Source: Eledone cirrhosa
Taxonomy: Eukaryota
Assembly: GCA_964016885.1 (NCBI GenBank)
Contig: OZ024744.1
Span: 75,640,001-75,704,000, forward strand
Reading direction: 5' to 3'
Length of the DNA: 64,000 bases
This document shows, piece by piece, positions 55,980 to 64,000 of this stretch. Every line of letters begins with the position of its first letter. Within the stretch, counting starts at the first letter, position 1. The notes under the pieces are model-generated. The model made no database searches. It was given only the letters and a program-made list of their open reading frames with translations, and had not been told where the DNA came from. A program made the position numbers and the translations under genes.

Positions 55980-58702
55980 ATGCTGACAAAAACAGATACA
56001 ACGACCATTAACATAAATGAAGAGAAACTGAAGGAACTGCAGAAAATAAACACAAACCTGTCAGTACTCGTTAACAAACTCGATTCGACAAATGAGGAAA
56101 CCAACCCCAAATACAAATCTTCCGAAATCGGCGAAAAACTTCAAAACCTATGTGAAACGATCAAAACATATTTTACGAATAACACAAACTTAAGACAAAC
56201 AAACGAGCAACCACGTGGCACTGATACACTAACAACATACAAACTAAAATTAATAACATAATACCACAATGGAACACATCACTCAGAGACAGAAAATTCT
56301 CCTTTTGGAAGATGATCCAAAACAACAAAGCGGAGATTTATGAAAAATGGCTCAATTCATCACCATTAATTCTTCCCCGCAAACTACAGATTAAACCCAT
56401 CCCAGATGAACCCGAGACACAAAGACGACATAAGGAAAGAATGGCACCGGAACAAATGAAGACAGAAATTGAACTTCTAAAATTGAGGGCTCAGACAAAT
56501 GAGGATAAAATAAAATCCATCGATGAAGAGATCTACCAAGAAATTAATAAAAAGATTCAAGGCTCCAACCTAGAGAAGATCTAAAAAACTATGGATAGAG
56601 GATGGCAACAAAGAGGAACTTAAATCCCTTCAACGCTGGGAAAAAAGTGAAACTTGGTTTTTAAAATATGGAACGATCTTTCAAACAGAATACGCTTCCA
56701 ACAACCCGTTCATAAAAACAAGAAAACCTAAGCATCACTTAGACACAGTCCAACAACCAACAAAAAAACACAACCTTCTCCCCTACCAAAAAGAGAAGTC
56801 CATACATAACTCTAACTTCTTAACCTAACCGCGCAGCGATTACGCGGATACATAGAAAGAAATAAGAAATCCCCCCCCCCCCCCCCTGGACATTACAACT
56901 TCCCTCCCACAAGGAGATACCAAGAAAATGTTCGTTCTTGCAAACCCCGCAACTACCATTCACAAGAAACCCATACCACACGATATATTCAACAACGAAG
57001 GGCCCTAAATCACCCAATCACACTTGATATATAGGGACACACAACCACACACTACTAAATATAGGGACGCTCTAATCAACCCACAACCAAGAACCGAACC
57101 TTTAATAACAACAACAGGGAACAACACAACCCAGCATCAGCAACCGACACAACTACCGTAACCATTTTTTTTACCCATTACACAGGCATAGGGAAACGAG
57201 ATGACTCAAGACATACAGGAGAGACCAAAAGTAATAAAAGTCATAGATTTAGCCATTAAAGAACTAACAACAGACCAAATTAACATACTCTCCAAAGGGC
57301 TGAAATTTACACCGACCCCCAACTTCCAAACTACTACAAAATGAAGGAAGACATTGGAGAATTCTGTAAAAAATTAAGAATTAGCGAGAAACTAAACAAG
57401 CAGTACAATGAGGACGATTCACCAAAAAGTAAGAATTAAAATTCTCGACCAATTTTGCGAACACATTACAAATTACCTATATAAACACCTACACAGAAAA
57501 AAACAAGCCAAACTTCAGCAAGAAAGAATAGGATGAGTTGAACAGATTAAAGAACGTTAAAACTATAACAACCAAAGAGGCGGATAAGGGGAGTGTTGTA
57601 GTTCTTATGGAGACGGAATATTATACAACCCTAGTGCTCTCCATTTTAGAAGACGAAGCATACTACGAAAAGGCTGAACACTACAGTCAACAGAAAATAA
57701 TGAGTAACCTAAAAACTCTGATAAACCTTTACAGAGAAGGACTTGCCGACAAAGAATACAATTATATCACTGACTTCAAAAGCAAACCCAGCCTTTTTTA
57801 TGGCATTTCTAAGATACACAAAAGTGAAAAACTAAGTAAGGCATGCAAGGGAGCCACAGATATATTCACCAATGTCCCCTCACCTAATGGCCTCAAATTA
57901 AGACCTATAATAGCAGGCCGCGCTTGCGAAACCCATCGCATCAGCAGCTTCCTTGATATACAATTATATCACTGACTTGATATACAATTAAATATCTTAT
58001 TAAATATCTTATTAAATATCATATTAAATATCTTATTAAAACCATTCCTTAAACACATTAAAAGCTACAAAATGGATAACCTTGATATGCTCAACCACCT
58101 CCCCCAAAACACTTAATAATGAACAAGCCCTACTACTGTCCTTCAATGTAGTCAACCCATATTCCAATATCCCCAACAACCTAGGAATAGAAGCAATCCA
58201 ATTCTGGCTAGAAAATTACTCCAATGAACTCTCACACCGCATCATAAAAGAATTCGTAATAGAAGGCCTCAAATTTGTCACGGAGAATAACTACTTCGAA
58301 TTCGAAGCCAAATTCTACAGACAGAAATCTGGGCACGAAAACGGACACGAAAACGGACCTTTCTTATGTCATGGGGTAGCTGGAAATCACGTCTACCAGA
58401 AAGTACTAGATAAATACGGAAAGTCCTTCTACCTACACAGAAAATAACTGGAAGAGATATCTAGATGATTGTTTCATCCTTTGGCATGGAAGTATACAGT
58501 CTTAAAGAATTTCAAGCACTTCTAAATGGACTCAACACAAACATTCAATTTACGATGGAATACAGCCATGAGCAACTTCCTTTCCTCGACATCCTTATTA
58601 AGAAAACTAACAACAAAACAGAAACAGAAATATACTATAAGCCCACAGACTCCAAGCAATATCTTCCGTTCAACTCATGTCATCCGAGACGCACTAAAAT
58701 GA
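55980..58702 (+). pseudogene. Penelope-like element ORF: long N-terminal region plus reverse transcriptase; frameshifted, 3'-truncated, no GIY-YIG seen
   Basis: Ordered PLE RT motifs LSKGLKFTPTP, KEADKGSVVV, FYGISKIHK, LRPIIAG, SFNVVNPYSNIP, NNYFEF, WKRYLDDCF, IQFTME, LPFLDILI and IYYKPTDSKQYLPFNSCHP. Confidence 0.9.
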
Positions 58703-58964
58703 GATGGCTTTCCAGGTATCTTCTGTCCAAATATTTTTCAGTTCCTTTTTTTATCATTCCAAGTACGCCGACTATCACTGATATTTTTTTTTTCGTTTGT
58801 CGACACGTATTACACATGTCTCCTGTAAGTTTTTATAGTTACAGAAATGATATATTTATATATTGAACATTTGTTAGTTTTAAAGATAAACTAACCAGAA
58901 GCTTAGGAAGTTAATTAGGTTTTCTCCATCTGTAGCCCTTATGGGCTAAACTGGTATTTATATT

Positions 58965-60330
58965 GCAAACACGCCCCTCAAATGTTGTTAAAAAAAGAAA
59001 GATGGTGGATGAAGAATGTTCTTCTTCTGAAAAGAAGAATCAGCTATCTGTAAATCCCACTGATAACATTTTCAACACCGTCATCACTATCACAGGAACA
59101 GCAAAAGAGATCAATAGTACAAAAAGCAACAACAATACTAGCAAGAACCCTGCAACCTACACCACCACTGCAACAATAACTATAACAGAAGCAAACAACA
59201 TATATAACAGTAAAACTGACACCAGCGACAACACAAATTTCAACAGCAACAACCAAATGAACGACAACAACAAAAACAACAATAATAACAGCAATAACAA
59301 CACATTTGCAGCAACAATACATGGACATTGCAGAAAGGGACACATATTTTGCCCTAGCTGTCAAACCAATCAAAGTACAAAACGCATGGAGTGACGTAGT
59401 CATGCCCTCTGAGTTGTTGACAACGACAAAAGAAAGAAAAAAGACTGTAATTTACAAATCCGTGTCTAGAAACACAGAACAACCGGAACAAGCAGCTCAC
59501 ATTGATGTAGGATGATCACTGAAGGACATAAAGCCTTATATAGCAAGAACCAGGCAGTTTTCAGGCATGTTATTACTCTTTAAGTGTGAAGCCCTTACCA
59601 CCAAAAACTCCGCTGTATCCTGTTAAGTGTCAAATATTTTCTTTTCCCACTTTATCTAGGCAAAAGAACAGTGAGTGTCTGGATTTCCGGAATCCCATCA
59701 GAGGTGAATATCTGATGGATTCTGGTCTGCATGGTCCTGTATGGAATTGACACCCTCCTGGAAGTGAACACTGGTCAGAGATCAGTGTGTAGGTGCTCCC
59801 CCACACCAAACCTCAAAATATTGACAACATACTAGCCCTCATTCACCTTCCAGAAGGAGTGAAATTGTAATTTGTAGTTGAAGGAAGAAACCCTCCGTGC
59901 CATTTGTGTGGGGAGACTGATCACAAGACAATTTTTCCCGTCAATACAACACAGAATATCACAGGGTCCCCTTGCTACCAACCCCAGCGCCTCAACTGTC
60001 CCAACAATTCCAACAGCAGTTCTAACCCCAGTAACAGCACCAACAACATCAGCAGCGACAGCAGGAACAGCAACGACCACATCGGCAACTGAAAAAAACA
60101 ACAAAACCAACGACAGTACCATCAGTACCATCATAAACACCAACAACAACAGAAATAAACAACAGGAAAGAGGATCAACAAACCCACCTAGGGTGGGGCT
60201 CTCAATCAAGCTCGCCATCTCCCCTCCTTCCAAAACCACATACGCTGACTCACATTTACTGACTCATATACATACACCACAACACCCATCTGAGTCAAAT
60301 GACTCGGATACAGAAACCTCTTCTTGCAGC
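58965..60330 (+). pseudogene. Probable decayed LINE (L1/Tx1-like) ORF1 region with N/T-rich low-complexity flanks
   Basis: ERKKTVIYKSVSR and FPLYLGKRTVSVWISGIPSEV segments resemble cephalopod L1-type ORF1 (inference); abuts an L1 ORF2 fragment. Confidence 0.4.
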
Positions 60331-60339
60331 GAAGAAGGA

Positions 60340-60930
60340 GGAATCCTCCGCCCCCCAACAGCTGAAGACAGACACTTTCCTCTTCGGCCACGAGTACGAA
60401 AAGCAAACGCTCCTGGCTGGCGAGACGATAACTACTGCAAGGCACAACGCTCAGGTGGTAATAAATGTCCAAGTTGACGTACATATTCACCATCTCTATC
60501 AGACCATTCAGGGATAGATTCCTCTCAGCCCATTTCTGGGTGATAGTGATCACTCTACTCGTTACCTAGTTTTTATCCACCTAAAGGTCCTGACCGAACC
60601 AGATCCCGAGCACTTGACTGGTCCGTTGTTCAGTGCCCGATGATGCTGTTGAATGGCTTGGACTTTCCTCTCTCGGTGCCGCGCTGTGAACCCACCGACT
60701 TTTCTGTGTTGGTCTTTGCTCCTGTCAACGTTTCATATTCCTCTAAGCAGTTATTGACCATCGCGATTTCCGTGGTGTTAGACATCATCAAGGCATCGTC
60801 GTCCGCATATGCGGACGCAGCCCTTCCATGTCCCAGTTCGAGTAGGGTGCCTTGCAACAGCTTCAACTTCTACAGTAGGGGCTCTAGAGTCTGCGCATAC
60901 AGAAGAAAGGAAAAAGAACATATTTGAGGA
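60340..60930 (-). pseudogene. L1/Tx1 ORF2 reverse transcriptase and thumb fragment
   Basis: LYAQTLEPLL, SAYADD, LEEYETLTGAKTNTEKSVG, KWAERNLSLNG and IYYHLSVVPC. Confidence 0.85.
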
Positions 60931-61995
60931 CTGAGCGTGAGATCTGGAACGGTTCAACAGCGTAGAAACTCAGGATCGTTTTGTGGTCTTGTCAAGTCAT
61001 GAGAACCTGTATGTCCACAGATACTTCACCTAACCACATATCACCAAAAGTCGCATAAACGTTGATCACATGCCCACGTTGTGCTACATGGTGTCTAAGA
61101 GTTACTGAAGTATTTTAAGAAGACTATTATGTTATTTCGTTTAAAATGCTGGGGGTTCACTGTATGGGCAGGTGTATGAACGCCTACTACGCTTTTCTGA
61201 TATCCCACTAACTTGATATTTCAAAAAATATATATATTGTGTCATATGCTCTTCTTCACCAGATGTAGGGGACCTCACACCATGCATCAACGAGACTTGC
61301 AGTATTTTCGAGAGTGCAAGGATAGCCTCTGTAGATTGTCAATGCACAGAACAAGTAAGTCACTTCCATAAACATGTCACTGATACAATATATATATATA
61401 TATATATACTAGCTGTCTCGTCCGGTGCAAAGATACCGCACGCCCTCTCAAGTCAGCGGGGGGGGGGGGGGGGGGTTAACGTGCTCTGGTGTTGGGTTTG
61501 AATAGTTTTTAGAATTCCCCATTTCAGCAGCCAGTACGTTAAAGAAAATTGATAGTTACAACAATAAAGGCTGAACAGAGAACACATTTTTTAACAAACT
61601 TTACAATAATTTGTACAACCATAATAGAAATTCCAAGTAACAGAAAATACATAAATTACATTGTTAGAGACTCAGAGTATACAATATTTTTTATTCGGCC
61701 CTCGGGAGCACAGATGAAGAAATTGTTTGGCGAGCTCACCCTAGAGCATCCTACATACAATTGACCATGGGAGAAGCATGGTAATCGCTTTATTGATGGT
61801 AATCGCGAAGCTTAGTCTCTCTGTTGCTCTGGGAACATTTTTTCTTCTGGAAAATCTGATCTTGCGGCCAGGCTGGGACTTTTTGGGTGGCATATCGGCA
61901 GTAACAATGACGACAAGCCGTCTGTGCTTTCGTGAAATAAATACGTTTGTTTATATTTGTTTTTGTGCATGCAAATATATCTATACACGAATATA

Positions 61996-62077
<82 letters not shown>

Positions 62078-62078
<1 letters not shown>

Positions 62079-62332
62079 GGTGGCTGCCAACTCGTTTTCG
62101 AGTACGGCCACTACTTTTTATCCATGTGGGAGAACCCCTACTGATGCGCTGAACGAGTGTGACCTTTTAGTCCAGCCAGCGACTTGAAAACTCTGGTACA
62201 AACACTACACTTGTAACAATTATTGACACATAGTGCTGGGCCCATTCTACCCTGTGATGACAAGTGCAGAGAAATCTCCAGATATAAAGCAATGCCTGTG
62301 CCGTGAAGCTTTTATAGTGAGCAAAGGCACTA
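62078..62332 (-). mobile_element. RTE-derived element, 5'-truncated copy of 8931-9539
   Basis: Near-identical reverse complement of ~9285-9539, with a (TA)n tail. Confidence 0.85.
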
Positions 62333-62499
62333 TGTTCTGTATGTCTGTTTGTCTGTGTGCCTGTATGTATGTATGTATATATATACATACATACAGGCAT
62401 GCAGACAAACAGACATACAGAATGACGTGAGAAAAAGAGAAAGACAACATGTCTACTTCCGTTACAATGTTTAGATCGCAGATCCCATTCAGTTCAGCC

Positions 62500-62760
62500 T
62501 GAAAATATTTTATACTTCCATCTATTCTTTATTTCTTTATTGTCTGCCACTAGGTTCTCCTGTTTATCTCTAATTGGGAGCTATTTGTTTTCCTTGGTCG
62601 TGTCCGTAATTTCTTTAATTGATTGATAAGCTAATCTCGTATTCCTCCTCTCCTCCTCTATTTATTAGGGCTTCAGTCGTATCCCCAATGCTATTTAAGT
62701 ACTTCCTTTTGTCACTCTTAGTATGTCTTCTTTACTTCGTCGCTTTTATGGTACTGCTGT
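62500..62760 (-). pseudogene. Possible decayed LINE EN-RT linker fragment
   Basis: Minus strand LPIRDKQENLVADNKEIKNRWK resembles the I.DK.G.L.....I..RW motif of RTE/CR1-type ORFs. Confidence 0.35.
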
Positions 62761-62923
62761 TCTTTTATTTCATTTTTTGTTTTCCACAGATAGTATTTTC
62801 TTTGCTCAACACCTCATGTGTCAGTCCTCATCCGATTTTGTTACCTTAATATTTAAAATCCCACCAGCATTTTAGCGGCTTCCAAGATATAACCAATTTT
62901 CATATACCCCATATATATAAAAA

Positions 62924-62989
<66 letters not shown>

Positions 62990-63409
62990 GTAATGATAAG
63001 GAACAGGGATTCAGTGTTGAATCATACCATATTTAAATAACATATCACATATGTTTCTCTATCAATCAGCTCGAGGCAAGATCTATTATAGATCGAACCT
63101 GACTCTGTAATCGAAAGGTCGTCAGATATGTTTGGTATATATATTTATTTATTTCATTTTTTTGTTGCTGTTGTTTTTCACAGATAGTCTTTGATCATAA
63201 TTACTTATAGTTGCACATTTAGGTTTTGCTATCTTCCTTTTCTCTATAATGTTCCGTGTATCAATTGTAATCCATATTCTACTCTTATTTCTTCTTACAC
63301 TACCAAGTGTTACTTATGTCGCTTCTTGTAGTCTCTTGAATATTCTCATGAATATCGTTCCACATTTGATGCACATGCTCCCCCACTTTCTCTTAATTTA
63401 CATTTTCAT

Positions 63410-63605
63410 TGTGGATTGGCAGTATCGGTATTGAGTCGGACATCATGCTTTGCAGCATAGAGTTACACCCTTTTACGGACTGAGTTCAAATCCCGCTGAG
63501 GTTAACTTTGCCTTTCATCCTTACGGAGTCGATAAAATAATAAAATAAAGTACCAGTAATGTACTGGTTAATTGGTGGCCTTGTGCCTAAAGTAGAAACA
63601 ATTAT
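63410..63605 (+). mobile_element. SINE family 1, full length
   Basis: GTGGATTGGCAGTATCGG...GAGTTCAAATCCC...GTAGAAACAATT. Confidence 0.9.
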
Positions 63606-63849
63606 ATTTCTTTTTTTTTCTATGCACGTTATGCGTAATTAAACATACATGAACCTCCCACAGTATAATTTAATTCGTTCAACCGAAGAAAACTTTAGTG
63701 AAAGAGGTATACAACCAATTACGTATTCGTTGAAATTATGACTGATGTCTATGTGAAACATTTAGATGTTTCTTCGAAAATTCACTTCTTCAGCCGGTTT
63801 ATACGTTCCCGTAAAGTAATACTATAAATAGCTGTACGCCACGAAAGTT

Positions 63850-64000
<151 letters not shown>

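Noticed and set aside
59878-60477. 199-aa Thr-rich mucin-like ORF as a host gene
   Set aside because: No ATG start; low-complexity (ACA/GCA) sequence, overlapping an L1 ORF2 fragment on the opposite strand.

Overview
Repeat-saturated eukaryotic genomic DNA. The SINE families and L1/Tx1-like fragments resemble those of octopod cephalopods (inference). Long, interrupted (TA)n microsatellites dominate bases 1-45500 and generate all the 'YIYI' ORFs, which are artefacts. There is a 200-N gap at 41735-41934. No complete host gene is recognisable; there is one good TATA+Inr promoter candidate (~43826-43861) and a few weak exon candidates. The rest comprises many tRNA-derived SINEs from three families and decayed retrotransposon fragments: L1/Tx1, CRE, R4/Dong, RTE-derived bipartite elements and a possible DIRS RT. 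A 3'-truncated Penelope-like element (RT ~57230-58700) is preceded by an inverted plus direct pseudo-LTR pair. The most notable pattern is that at least five unrelated short families, all embedded in (TA)n, share one architecture: a fold-back inverted arm ending at a recurrent point against (TA)n, plus a unique tail on one side only. Several carry minimal type-I hammerhead ribozyme motifs, two of which look intact (22258-22300 and 26112-26172). The Penelope element shows the same architecture, which suggests a TA-targeted, Penelope-mobilised, retrozyme-like system.
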